From: an uncultured delta proteobacterium
GTDB taxonomy: Bacteria; Desulfobacterota; Binatia; UBA9968
Length of the DNA: 64,000 nt
Reading direction: 5' to 3'
Assembly (NCBI GenBank): GCA_963816145.1
Contig: CAWFJP010000031.1
Coordinates: forward strand, 352,001 to 416,000
The translations under genes and the position numbers were made by a program. Below are positions 29,425 through 39,737 of the stretch, in pieces (within the stretch, counting starts at the first letter, position 1; the number at the start of each line of letters is the position of its first letter). Under the pieces are notes generated by a model that made no database searches, was not told the origin of the DNA, and was given only the letters and a program-made list of their open reading frames with translations.

Positions 29425-31050
29425 TCAGCTCACGCCGCTGATGGTTCCGTCATCAGCGACGTTCATCTTAACCGCTTGCGGTACCTTCGGCAGGCCGGGC
29501 ATAAGCAGCATGTTGCCGGCGACGGCGACGATATAACCGGCGCCGCTGGATAAATTCGCGTCGGAGATCGCCAGCGTCCAGTCTTTGGGAGCGCCGAGTT
29601 TTTTCGCATCGTCGGATAGCGAGTTCTGCGTCTTGGCAACGCACACTGGCAGATGGCCGAAGCCAAGTGCGGAGAACTTGGCGATTTTCTCTTTGGCTTG
29701 TGGGCTAAATTCGACGGCGCTGGCGCCATAAATTTCAGTGGCGATGCGAGAGATTTTCGCCTCGATGCCAACCTCCGCGCGATAGAGTGGTTGGACTTGG
29801 TCGAGATTTGCTTTGTTTGCAGCGTCGATGACTGATTCGCCGAGTTCGAGCGCACCGGCGCCGCCCTTGGCGAAAACATCGGCGAGCGTGGCCTCGACGC
29901 CAAGGCGGGCGCAGAATGTTTTTATCGTTTGCAGCTCTTCATCGCGGTCGTCGGGAAAGCGATTGAGCGCAACTACCAGTGGCAGATGAAACTTGCCGAG
30001 ATTTTCGATGTGCTTGGCGAGATTGTCCAAGCCAGCCGTCAAAGCGGCGGATGCCGGGTCGTGCCGTTTGAGCGCGCGCACGGTGGCGACCAACACGGCA
30101 GCGGCTGGTTTGATGCCCGACGATGGCATGACTATGTCGAGGTATTTTTCCGCACCGAGGTCGGCACCAAAGCCCGCTTCGTTGACGACATACTCGCCCA
30201 ATGCCAAAGCCATGCGCTGGGCGATAACGCTGCATGTGCCGTGGGCGATATTACCGAAGGGGCCGGCATGAATCAGCGCCGGAGTCTGTTCGGTGGTTTG
30301 CACCAGATTGGGGCGCAGCGCGTCATGGAGCAGTACCATCATGGCGCCGACCGCGCGCAGGTCACCGGCATGAACCGGCGCGCCATCGGCGTTGAAGCCG
30401 ACGGTAATCGCGCCGAGCCGGCGCGCGCAATCGTCCGACGATTGGGCGAGGGCGAGGATCGCCATGACCTCCGATGCCGCGGTGATGACGAATCTGGCGC
30501 GGCGCGGCGCGCCGTTCGCTTTACCGCCCAAGCCGGTTTCGACCTGGCGCAAAGCACGGTCGTTCATGTCGACGGTGCGCGGCCAGGCAATGGTCGCTGG
30601 ATCGATGCGCAACTCGTTGCCGTGGAATATATGCGCGTCGAGCATGGCGGCGAGCAAATTGTGCGCGGCCGTGACGGCGTGTTTGTCGCCGTTGAAATGC
30701 AGATTGATCTTTCCCGCCGGCAAGACTTGCGACTTGCCGCCGCCGGTGGCACCGCCTTTGACGCCAAACACCGGGCCGAGCGACGGTTCGCGCAAAGTCA
30801 CGATGGGCCGCTTGCCGAGTCTTTCGAGGCCTTGGGCGAGGCCAATGGAGATTACTGTTTTTCCTTCGCCGGCGCTGGTCGGCGTAATCCCGGTGACCAG
30901 AATGAGCTTGCCTTTGGGCGCCGCGTCGGGTGCCGGCAAACGGGCGAGGCTGACTTTGGCCGAGTATCGGCCGAAGGTTTCAAGATCGGTCTCGGGGATG
31001 CCGATCTTGCGCGCGATTGCGGTGATCGGTTGTAGCTCTACGTCGGCCAT
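29425..31050 (-). CDS. fhs: Formate--tetrahydrofolate ligase
   Basis: TPTSAGEGKT, LREPSLGPVFGVKGGATGGG, INLHFNGD, HAGPFGNIAHG, EAGFGADLGAEK, VCVAKTQ. Confidence 0.97.
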   Translation of the reverse strand: MADVELQPITAIARKIGIPETDLETFGRYSAKVSLARLPAPDAAPKGKLILVTGITPTSAGEGKTVISIGLAQGLERLGKRPIVTLREPSLGPVFGVKGGATGGGKSQVLPAGKINLHFNGDKHAVTAAHNLLAAMLDAHIFHGNELRIDPATIAWPRTVDMNDRALRQVETGLGGKANGAPRRARFVITAASEVMAILALAQSSDDCARRLGAITVGFNADGAPVHAGDLRAVGAMMVLLHDALRPNLVQTTEQTPALIHAGPFGNIAHGTCSVIAQRMALALGEYVVNEAGFGADLGAEKYLDIVMPSSGIKPAAAVLVATVRALKRHDPASAALTAGLDNLAKHIENLGKFHLPLVVALNRFPDDRDEELQTIKTFCARLGVEATLADVFAKGGAGALELGESVIDAANKANLDQVQPLYRAEVGIEAKISRIATEIYGASAVEFSPQAKEKIAKFSALGFGHLPVCVAKTQNSLSDDAKKLGAPKDWTLAISDANLSSGAGYIVAVAGNMLLMPGLPKVPQAVKMNVADDGTISGVS

Positions 31051-31261
31051 GAAATTTGCTCCTCGGAAGAAGTTGAACGCTGAATAGCGCATCGCGACGT
31101 TGTTGTCCATGCGCGCGGTTTTTCTTTATCGGAATCAGTTGCTACGCTGACTGTAAAGCAGGTCTCAGTTTGTTAAGATCCATCATCTGAAGTGTGGGGC
31201 AAAATGCTTTGGTGTTGTCACTGCGTGCTCGACGATTGTCGGCTCTCTCATTGAAGCCAAT

Positions 31262-33322
31262 ATGAGTTTATCTCAATCGAATTCTCCTGCCGGTGCGCCA
31301 ACGGATGACGATCCTTACCTGTGGCTGGAAGACGTCGCCGGCGATCGCGCGCTCGCCTGGGTGCGTGATCAGAACGCTGCGAGCGTAAGCGAGCTTGAAG
31401 GCTCAGCTGGGTTCGCCAGCTTGTGCACGCGTCTGCTGGCGATCTATGAATCCGACGAGCGTATTCCGAATGTCACCAAGCATGGCACGTACTACTATAA
31501 TTTCTGGCGGGACGAAAAACAGATCCGTGGCGTGTGGCGGCGGACGAGCTTGGAGGAATATCGCAAGGCCGATCCCGCTTGGGAGATCGTCCTCGATCTC
31601 GATCAACTTGCCGGCGTAGAAAAGGAGAACTGGGTCTGGAAGGGCGCCGATGTGTTGCGGCCAAGCCATGACCGGGCGCTGCTTTTTCTATCCCGGGGCG
31701 GCGCTGATGCTGCGGTGACACGCGAGTTCGATTTGGGCAAAAAAGAGTTCGTGGCGCACGGGTTCACTCTCCCGGAGGCGAAAAGCCGGGTGGCTTGGCG
31801 CCATCGCGATGCCATCTACATCGGCAGCGATTTCGGTCCGGGATCGCTCACGAATTCCGGTTATCCGCGGGTTGTTAAAGAATGGCCGCGTGGCACGCCG
31901 GTGGGCGCTGCTAAAACCGTTTTCGAAGGCAAGTCTGAGGATGTCAGTGTCTCTGCTTCGGTGGTGCATGACCATGGGCGTATTTATGAATTCATTTCCC
32001 GCGGCCTGACATTTTTCACCAGTGAAATTCGGTTTCGCCGCGGTGAACAATGGGTGAAGATTGACAAGCCGGCCGACGCGCGGGTCGAGACGTTCACTGA
32101 TCAAATTTTAGTGCGGCTGCGCTCGGACTGGAGCGTCGGCGGGAAAACCTACCGGGCAGGATCACTGCTTGGTACCGATTTTGAGGGTTATTTGCTTGGC
32201 GAGCGGGAGTTCGCCGTCCTCTTCGAGCCAAGCGAGCGCCGGGCGCTGGCGAGCACCAGCGGAACTAAGAACTTCTTGATTCTCAACGAACTGGATAACG
32301 TGCGCAGCAAAGCGTACGCGCTCAAGCTCAATGCTGGGCAATGGCTTCGCAGTCAAGTGGCAACGCCCGCTTTCGGTGCAGTGCGCGTGCGCGGTGTCGA
32401 TGCCGATGCATCAGACGATTACTTTATGACCGTCAACGACTTCTTGACTCCGTCAACTCTGTTTCTCGGCACGGTCGGCACGGAAGCGCAGGAAAAGTTG
32501 AAAGGATCGCCGGAATTTTTCAACACGGAAGGGTTGGACATCAGCCAGCATGAAGCGGTCTCGAAAGACGGCATTAAGATTCCCTACTTTCAAGTGAGCC
32601 GTAAAAGCGTAGCGACAAATGGCACAAATCCCACATTGCTTTACGGCTATGGCGGCTTCAACGTGTCTCAGTTGCCGTTCTACAGCGGCACTCTCGGCGT
32701 GGCTTGGCTTGAGCGCGGCGGTGTCTATGTGCTGGCGAACATTCGCGGTGGCGGTGAGTTCGGTCCCGACTGGCACTATGCTGCGCGCAAGGAAAACCGC
32801 CAGCGGGCCTACGATGATTTCATCGCCGTCGCCGAGGATTTGATCGCGCGCAATGTGACGTCGCCGCAGCATCTCGGCATCCAGGGCGGTTCCAACGGTG
32901 GCTTGCTGGTCGGCGTCGCGCTGACCCAGCGGCCTGATTTATTCAAGGCGGTAGTCTGTCAGGTGCCGCTGCTCGATATGCGCCGCTATAACAAATTGTT
33001 GGCCGGTGCCAGTTGGGTGGATGAGTACGGAGATCCGGACAAGCCGGAGGAGTGGGCTTACATCGAAAAGTATTCCCCCTATCACAATGTCTTTGACGAG
33101 AAAAAATATCCGCGGGTGCTGTTTACGACGTCAACGCGCGACGACCGGGTGCATCCCGGCCACGCGCGCAAAATGTTCGCCAAGATGAAGGCGCAGGGGC
33201 ATGACGTGCTTTACTACGAGAATATCGAAGGCGGCCATGGCGGCGCGGCGGATAACCGACAACTGGCTTACATGTCGGCGCTGACCCATGCGTTTCTAGT
33301 CAAAGAGTTGTTCGCTGAGTGA
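31262..33322 (+). CDS. Prolyl oligopeptidase (S9A)
   Basis: DPYLWLED, YGYGGF, NIRGGGEFG, GGSNGG, DDRVHP, EGGHG. Confidence 0.96.
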   Translation: MSLSQSNSPAGAPTDDDPYLWLEDVAGDRALAWVRDQNAASVSELEGSAGFASLCTRLLAIYESDERIPNVTKHGTYYYNFWRDEKQIRGVWRRTSLEEYRKADPAWEIVLDLDQLAGVEKENWVWKGADVLRPSHDRALLFLSRGGADAAVTREFDLGKKEFVAHGFTLPEAKSRVAWRHRDAIYIGSDFGPGSLTNSGYPRVVKEWPRGTPVGAAKTVFEGKSEDVSVSASVVHDHGRIYEFISRGLTFFTSEIRFRRGEQWVKIDKPADARVETFTDQILVRLRSDWSVGGKTYRAGSLLGTDFEGYLLGEREFAVLFEPSERRALASTSGTKNFLILNELDNVRSKAYALKLNAGQWLRSQVATPAFGAVRVRGVDADASDDYFMTVNDFLTPSTLFLGTVGTEAQEKLKGSPEFFNTEGLDISQHEAVSKDGIKIPYFQVSRKSVATNGTNPTLLYGYGGFNVSQLPFYSGTLGVAWLERGGVYVLANIRGGGEFGPDWHYAARKENRQRAYDDFIAVAEDLIARNVTSPQHLGIQGGSNGGLLVGVALTQRPDLFKAVVCQVPLLDMRRYNKLLAGASWVDEYGDPDKPEEWAYIEKYSPYHNVFDEKKYPRVLFTTSTRDDRVHPGHARKMFAKMKAQGHDVLYYENIEGGHGGAADNRQLAYMSALTHAFLVKELFAE

Positions 33323-33421
33323 AATATGCTGGAACGGCGTTGCTCGCAATCGTCAAAAAGAATCGGAATCGGATAATTAACCGCAAAGAGCGCAAACCAA
33401 TTTACAAGTCCTTCGCATGTA

Positions 33422-33443
33422 AGGGCGACCGGCCGGTCGCCCT
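33422..33443. repeat. Perfect 22-bp palindrome, REP-like
   Basis: agggcgaccggccggtcgccct, between convergent genes and overlapping the LLM stop codon. Confidence 0.75.
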
Positions 33444-34533
33444 ATGCCTCGGCCTTAGGGAAGTACAGCGCGTCGACTTCAAACTTTCTCAGCTCCGGCA
33501 TAACCTGCTCGGTGAATAAGCGCAGCGAATTGAGCGTTTGCTTTTGTGTCAGCTCGCCGAACGTAAACTCGCCAAGAAAAGTGTCACCGCCGGCTTGGTT
33601 GGCGATACTCTTGATTTGCTGCACAACGGTTTCCGGCGCGCCGCAGATAAACGACCCTTCGGCGATGGAGTGTTCCATGTCCATTAGCTGTTGGCGCCGG
33701 CTGCCGTCTAGAATCGTCGTCAAACCGGTGGTTCCGTGGGCGCCGTAGGTGCGCGCGCCGCCGCGCCGCTCCCAGAAGTTCTTCCAATGATACTCGCCAT
33801 CGGCGCGGGCTTGCTTATCGCTCTCGGCGACATAAATCTCGCGCATCAGGCCCATATGTGGTTTGCGGCCTGCCGGTTTGGCGCGTTGGTACGCGTCGCG
33901 GTATTCGTCAAAGGCTTTGCGCGTCGCTTTCATGCCGGACGGCACCCATTGAACGGTGCTGATTCCTGTGGTGGCGGCTTCTTCGATGGACTCCTTGCTG
34001 CGCGTCGGCATCCACAACGGCGGATGGGGCTTCTGCACTAGCGGGATGCTCGAGTCGACATCTTTGCATTGAAAATATTTGCCATCGAAGCTGAAGGTTT
34101 CATGGGTCCAGATGCCTTTGATGATTTGCAGGGCTTCGAGTGTCATCTCGCGCTTCGAATCCCAGTCCACGTTGTAAGCTTTGAAGGAGAACGGACCGAT
34201 GCCGGCGCCAATGCCACATTCCAAGCGGCCGTTCATGAGATTGTCGAGCAGCGCCGCCTCTTCGGCGACGCGCACCGGGTGCCAGAGGGGCAGCACATAA
34301 ACGAGTGGCCCCATGCGAATACTTTTAGTCCGCTGCGACGCCGCGCCGAGGAAACTTCCCGGACTCGGACATTCGGAAAAGCCCATGTCGAAGTGATGTT
34401 CGGCAACAAAGTAAAAATCCATGCCGGCCTGGTCGGCGAACTCCACTACCTCCAAATGATTGCGATACAGGTCGACGTAGGTGCGCGCCGGGTGGTCATG
34501 CTTCTGCATGTGATCGAACAGGCCAACTTTCAT
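33442..34533 (-). CDS. Luciferase-like (LLM) flavin-dependent oxidoreductase
   Basis: FVAEHHF, LPLWHPVRVAEE, GRLECGIGAG, QKPHPP. Confidence 0.92.
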   Translation of the reverse strand: MKVGLFDHMQKHDHPARTYVDLYRNHLEVVEFADQAGMDFYFVAEHHFDMGFSECPSPGSFLGAASQRTKSIRMGPLVYVLPLWHPVRVAEEAALLDNLMNGRLECGIGAGIGPFSFKAYNVDWDSKREMTLEALQIIKGIWTHETFSFDGKYFQCKDVDSSIPLVQKPHPPLWMPTRSKESIEEAATTGISTVQWVPSGMKATRKAFDEYRDAYQRAKPAGRKPHMGLMREIYVAESDKQARADGEYHWKNFWERRGGARTYGAHGTTGLTTILDGSRRQQLMDMEHSIAEGSFICGAPETVVQQIKSIANQAGGDTFLGEFTFGELTQKQTLNSLRLFTEQVMPELRKFEVDALYFPKAEA

Positions 34534-34577
34534 GGTGCTATCCTTCCTTGATGTTAAACCGTCTGGTTAACGGTAGG

Positions 34578-34657
34578 AAAATCCCCCTTGTTCCTCCTTT
34601 TTCAAAGGGGGAGACAGGAGATACCCCTCTCTAAAAAGAGCGGCTTGGGGAGATTTT
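34578..34657. repeat. Composite palindrome of the CCCCCTTT..AAAGGGGG type
   Basis: aaaatccccc..ctcctttttcaaagggggag..cccctctctaaaaagagcgg..ggggagatttt. Confidence 0.65.
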
Positions 34658-34672
34658 GCAATTAGGTCATTT

Positions 34673-35656
34673 TTATTTTGTCGTTTCTTTCTGAATCTCT
34701 TGCAGCAATGAATTGTCGTACATCTTTTCCAGGGCGAGCTTTTTCACTTCAGCGCTGCTTTCGGCGCGAAAGTCCAAGATCGAATTTAGACCGGCGAGTG
34801 AGACATAGGGGATTCTTAACGCATAGTCTTTGACGTTCTCCTTGTAGGTCTCGTCCAAGGTGGCGCCGTCGGTGGTGCGGGTATACTTGCCGATGGTACG
34901 CTTGGCGAATGCCGGATCGGCGATCGCCAGATCGTAGGCGGCGATGGTGGCGCGCAGGACCTTTTTCAGTTCTTCTCGTTTGGTTTTCAACTGCGAGTTT
35001 TTGACGATGAAGCAGCCGTAGTCGAAAGGCAGGCCGATGGCTTCTGTGGTCAACAGCTCACGAAAGCCGAGCTTGCGGGCGCCCAGCGTCAGCGGCAGCG
35101 AGATCGACCCGCCCTGGACTAAATTGTTCTGCATGCCGGCGATGATTTCCTGCGTACCGCCGAGCTGGAGCAGGGCGACGTCTTTGACCGGTTGCAGACG
35201 ATGCTTTTTCAAGACATGGCGCGCGACAAAGTCGGAAAAAGCTCCGAAACGGGTAACGCCCACGGCCTTGCCTTTCAAATCGCCGATGCTGCTGACCGTG
35301 GCAGTGGTAAAAAAAGACGTCTGCCCTTTATCGTACTGGCAAGCGATCATGGTCAGTTCGGCACCGGCGAGATTGGCATCGACCACGGCGCCGGCGGCCG
35401 AGTACATGATATCGATGTCGCCTCCGAGCAAGGCTTGCACGGATTTGGTGCTCGAACCGATGTAGAGCAGCTCCATGTCGGCGCCAAATTTCTGGTACAG
35501 TCCGGCATCCTTGCCAACCCAAAGGACCGTAAAGGTGCCGGCGAAGGCGGTGTAGGCGACGCGGAGCTTGGCTGCCTGGGCGTTGGCATGGGCACTCATC
35601 CCTAACGAACAGAACAAAACCACCATGAGCAAAAGTAGTTTTCCGCTGGGTTTCAT
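34673..35656 (-). CDS. NMT1/SsuA-type substrate-binding protein
   Basis: Signal peptide, KLRVAY, DLKGKAVGVTRFG, YDNSLLQE. Confidence 0.88.
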   Translation of the reverse strand: MKPSGKLLLLMVVLFCSLGMSAHANAQAAKLRVAYTAFAGTFTVLWVGKDAGLYQKFGADMELLYIGSSTKSVQALLGGDIDIMYSAAGAVVDANLAGAELTMIACQYDKGQTSFFTTATVSSIGDLKGKAVGVTRFGAFSDFVARHVLKKHRLQPVKDVALLQLGGTQEIIAGMQNNLVQGGSISLPLTLGARKLGFRELLTTEAIGLPFDYGCFIVKNSQLKTKREELKKVLRATIAAYDLAIADPAFAKRTIGKYTRTTDGATLDETYKENVKDYALRIPYVSLAGLNSILDFRAESSAEVKKLALEKMYDNSLLQEIQKETTK

Positions 35657-35986
35657 CGCCGCTCCTGAGAACCTTGCGATCGGTTTTCGATAGATCATGA
35701 TCGCGACCTTCGTGTCAAGTTTCGCCGGCACGAGCCGAGAAACGGCTTAATCGCCGGGACGTGTTACAGTCTGATGGCAGACCGATTGCGGACGCGAAGA
35801 AAGAATTCTTGCTTTGCTCGAAATGACGCTCAGAGAGTCGCTGTCATCCCGAACGAAGAGAGGGATCTCGTCAATCTTTGCCTTGACCCATCCCTCGCTT
35901 CTAACCTATGGTGGGTGGCGGAATGGAGGGTGGAATTGGATCGCCATAGTAGAGACGTATATTCCCTGGGTCGAGCAGGCCGGCGC

Positions 35987-36952
35987 ATGATATGGTTATT
36001 GGTCTCTACGGCGGCGGTTCTCTGTCTTGCGTCGTCCACGGTGAAGGCGCAAGAGAAAATCAAGTTTCCCGTCGGCGTCGGCACCAAAACAGTCGGCACC
36101 AACATGTTTTGGCTGGGGGTGAAGAAGGGCTTCTTCGATGACGTCGGCTTGGATGTGCAACCGATCTTGTTACGCGGTAGTCCGATCACGACTGCGGCGC
36201 TGGTGAGTGAATCAGTTAACTTGGCGTTAGGTTCCGCCGATGCGGTGATTGCGGCGGCCGCCAATGGCGCCGATTTAGTTGGCGTTGGCGGCGTCGTAAA
36301 CGGACTCACCCAGGCCATCGTCGCCGGCAAGGATTATAAAAATTTCAAAGATTTGCGCGGCGCGACGGTCGGTGTGCAAGCGCTGACTTCGGGCGCCGCC
36401 AACGTGTTACAAAAAATTTTCAAGCAAAACGGCTTGAACTATCCGGTGGATTACAAACTGCTAGCCGTCGGTGGCGGCAGCTTCAATCTCGCAGCGCTCA
36501 CTTCGGGACAACTTGGCGCGACGTACTTGGTGGTCCCTCTCGATTACACTGCCGAGCAGCAGGGTTTTAACCTGCTAGGTTATTTCCGCGATTATTTCCC
36601 CAACTATCAACTTTCCCTGCTCACAGTGAAAAAGAGCTGGGCGGAGAAAAACCGTCCGTTGTTGGTACGTTATTTAAAAGCCACGGTGCGCACGCACCGC
36701 TGGCTCTTCGCCAACAAAGAGGCGGCGATCGATTTTCTCGCCAAGGAAATTCCGCTCAAGCCTGAGATGGCGCGGCGCGGTTGGGAGTATTACACCGCCA
36801 ATCGTATCTGGCATCCCAATGCGGAGATCAATATCGAAGGTCTGAAGTCGACGATGCAGATTTACGCCGACCAGATCAAAGGCCCGCTGCCGGATCCGCT
36901 GAAATACATCGATCAGAGTTATTTGCAGCAGGCGATCAAGGAGTTGGGTTGA
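35987..36952 (+). CDS. NMT1/SsuA-type substrate-binding protein, close paralog of 25352-26368
   Basis: KFPVGVGTKT, VVNGLTQAIVAGK, DYFPNYQL, RRGWEYYT.NRIWHPN. Confidence 0.88.
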   Translation: MIWLLVSTAAVLCLASSTVKAQEKIKFPVGVGTKTVGTNMFWLGVKKGFFDDVGLDVQPILLRGSPITTAALVSESVNLALGSADAVIAAAANGADLVGVGGVVNGLTQAIVAGKDYKNFKDLRGATVGVQALTSGAANVLQKIFKQNGLNYPVDYKLLAVGGGSFNLAALTSGQLGATYLVVPLDYTAEQQGFNLLGYFRDYFPNYQLSLLTVKKSWAEKNRPLLVRYLKATVRTHRWLFANKEAAIDFLAKEIPLKPEMARRGWEYYTANRIWHPNAEINIEGLKSTMQIYADQIKGPLPDPLKYIDQSYLQQAIKELG

Positions 36953-37019
36953 CGGTGTCGCCTGGTTCACCAAGCTTCGGGCGCGGCATTCACTGACCGA
37001 TGACAAGAAGCTTCTCCGG

Positions 37020-38175
37020 TCATATGCCGGCGAGCCGCAGGAGCTTATCGAGCACGACGTCCGAATCGAGGAATTCACGCGCAAAGGAAACCGCCGCAGC
37101 AGCGTGGCGCGAATAATCGCTCTGCACATGGTCGATTGCTGCGGCAGCACTATCGATATCGGTAAAAGTGATTAAGCCTGAACCGGTGGGTAGGCAGGCG
37201 CTCAAGCCGGTGTCCTGCATGATGACCGGGCGACCTGCGGCCAGATAGCACGCGCTCCGGTCGCTGAACCAACCCGTTCGTCCGGCGGCGTATCCATGCT
37301 TCACAGCGGTAAACTCCCCCCGCGAGCCAAATATGTAATCGCGATAGACATCGGAATTTGCCGCATGCACTTTGGGCGAAACGATTTGCCAGCCACACCG
37401 CTCAAGATCCACTCGGTCCCGCTCATCGGGGTGGATGGAAAGACAAAGCTCCAGGGGTGCGCTCACACGGCTCGGAAGATCGATGATTCTTCTGAACTCG
37501 TCGGCTTTTTGACCGTACCAAACGCCTTGCCATTCGACCGGCCCGACGCCGCGCCAGTCGGCGACCGTCGAATATGCTTTTCCGGCCGCTCTTTGGGTTT
37601 GCCATTCTCCGATGATAACCGGAGGCAGGCTTCTTTCCCAACGAATGCCGCAGGTCGGCAGGGGACAATCCGGTTTCCCCAGATTGAGTCCGACGGTTAC
37701 GTAGACATCATGGCCGCGCATGTTCATGTCGACGCCATACTGTTCCTGCCAGATCTGGGTAAATCCCGGGTCCATGTCCACATACATACGACGGCGCACG
37801 GCTAAGAGTATCGACTCGAGATTCAGTCGGCCGGAGAAATTGACCAGCAAATCAACCTCATGCGCGAGTGCCTCAACTTCCGCCAGCGATAGCCCGACGT
37901 AACCGGAACCGGCCGACTCTAGCAAACTGCCAGTGGCCCAGCAGATCGAAATTTTCCATGAGCGCGCGGAAGTGACGCACGTTTGCCGAAGCGCTGAAGC
38001 TCACTGGATTCGCGTTATCGTCGACGCAAGCTTGCGGGTCGAGCTGTTCGACGTAATAGGTTTCGAAACCGAGTCGGCGAAACCCTAGAACATATTGCAA
38101 AAACGCCCAGGTATTGCCCGCACCATAAAGCGGGTGCGTTTCAATGGCGCCGGCGACGATGACGCGTTTTGCCAT
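37020..38175 (-). CDS. GT-B-like putative glycosyltransferase, +1 frameshift near 37930
   Basis: N-part WAFLQYVLGFRRLGFETYYVE and C-part GWFSDRSACYLAAGRPVIMQDTG; paralog of 40783-41991. Confidence 0.7.
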
Positions 38176-38187
38176 ATCGATCGATGG

Positions 38188-38841
38188 TCAAACGGAAATT
38201 ACACCGGCGCTGGTCGGCTTTCGATAACGCGAGATAACGACATCGAGGCTTACACCATTTTTTTGGCCGCGAAAAATCTCTTGCGCGTCGGCTTGAAAGC
38301 CAACATTCAGAAATAGGTCGTGGTAGGTGGCGACGATACAGGAGAGCATAAGAGGATCTCCGATGTCGCCTTGGGTATTGGCCAGAAGCAGGTGCCGGCC
38401 CGGCGCGGTCGCCGCAAATAATTCCGAAGCCAGCCAGCCGACGTCGAAAAAAGAGTAAAGCCAGCCGAGGTAATAAATGGTCTCGCTCATGACGATCAGG
38501 TCCCAGGGGCCTTCCTGTTTGGGATCATAATCCATGATGTTTTGAACGCGGAATTCTGCCTGGCTTGGCGCACAAGCGATCTGTGCAGCCGCTATCGCCG
38601 TGCCGGACACATCGAGTGCCAGCAACCGCCGAGCGCGCGGAGCCAGGAGTCGGGTGAAGGCCCCTGCGCCACAACCGATTTCAAGCACTCTGTCATATCC
38701 CGACGGGTCTAACATAGAGATTAAGCGGTGGTATCTTTCACGGTCGAAGTCGCAGCTTTCCAGCTCCCAGGGATCGCCGCGCGCCCATAAATCGTCAAAA
38801 AATGAACTCGCCTGGGAATTTTTTTGTTCACGCTCGGTCAT
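38188..38841 (-). CDS. NodS-like SAM-dependent methyltransferase
   Basis: DPWEL..FDRERY, VLEIGCGAGAFT..LA, DLIVMSETIYYL. Confidence 0.8.
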   Translation of the reverse strand: MTEREQKNSQASSFFDDLWARGDPWELESCDFDRERYHRLISMLDPSGYDRVLEIGCGAGAFTRLLAPRARRLLALDVSGTAIAAAQIACAPSQAEFRVQNIMDYDPKQEGPWDLIVMSETIYYLGWLYSFFDVGWLASELFAATAPGRHLLLANTQGDIGDPLMLSCIVATYHDLFLNVGFQADAQEIFRGQKNGVSLDVVISRYRKPTSAGVISV

Positions 38842-38903
38842 ACAGTTTTATCAGTATGCGGCGATTTCGGACCGCCGGCTGCGCTAGAAGAAAACGGACC
38901 TGA

Positions 38904-39683
38904 TCACGGACTATTGAATATTTCCACGGCCGCAATGTTTTTGAGATGTTCCCAGTCGTCGAATGAGCAAAGATTGACGCCATGATCTCTGATCACAGCT
39001 CGCACGCGGGGATCGCACAAAGCTTTGAGTTCCTCGCGCCGTTCCATCTGATAGACGGTATTGAGATCGGCCGCATCGCCGGGGTGGCAGATCAATACGG
39101 TTAAGCCGTAAGGCAACGTTGATAGCACATGGATCAAGCGATTGACGCCAATACCTTCGGGGAAAGGGAGCCCCTCAGCCGTTTGACCATAGAACTTTTT
39201 GAAGTAATTAATTTGCGGGCATAAATCTCGTAACGGAATGCCCATGCTGGCGCAGATGCGAAGCGCGATTGACCGTATCGGCTCACGCAGGTGGACGTGT
39301 TGATGCGAGTTGATGTGGCTGGGCTCTCTGCCCACCAGATAGCGAAAAACTTCGAGTTGGTGAGTCACTTCGCGCTCGACGGCGGACTCATCGTCCAGGC
39401 AAACGACTGTATAAAAGGGTACCCAGCGGCCGCCGCGATAAATCCATTCGCCCAAATCGAGATGGAGACCGAGGCTCAGCTCCGGATGGGTTCTCGCGTA
39501 GAGCACGGCTTCGCCGGCCGCCAGCCACCGGGTCATCAGACTTGTGCTGGTGACAATCCCATGCTCGTGCGCCTCGATAATGCCCCGGTTTATGCCTGGG
39601 CTCTGGCCAAAGTCGTCGGCGTTTACGATCAGGTATTTACCGCCAGTCAAAGTCAACTCCCGTAAATCTGTTTGTTTGCCCAA
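38904..39683 (-). CDS. ChbG/HpnK/YdjC family carbohydrate deacetylase
   Basis: LIVNADDFG, GIVTSTSLM, GLHLDL, SHINSHQHVH, ICHPG. Confidence 0.92.
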   Translation of the reverse strand: MGKQTDLRELTLTGGKYLIVNADDFGQSPGINRGIIEAHEHGIVTSTSLMTRWLAAGEAVLYARTHPELSLGLHLDLGEWIYRGGRWVPFYTVVCLDDESAVEREVTHQLEVFRYLVGREPSHINSHQHVHLREPIRSIALRICASMGIPLRDLCPQINYFKKFYGQTAEGLPFPEGIGVNRLIHVLSTLPYGLTVLICHPGDAADLNTVYQMERREELKALCDPRVRAVIRDHGVNLCSFDDWEHLKNIAAVEIFNSP

Positions 39684-39737
39684 GTCTCAAGCGCTGACGC
39701 ACGGCAGCGGTTCACCGCTTGCCGCGAAACTATTCGC

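Noticed and set aside
31050-31262. THF or ZTP riboswitch upstream of fhs
   Set aside because: No recognisable consensus
38188-39683. True nodulation (Nod factor) locus
   Set aside because: No nodA, nodC or nodD and no nod box; the deacetylase is YdjC-type rather than NodB
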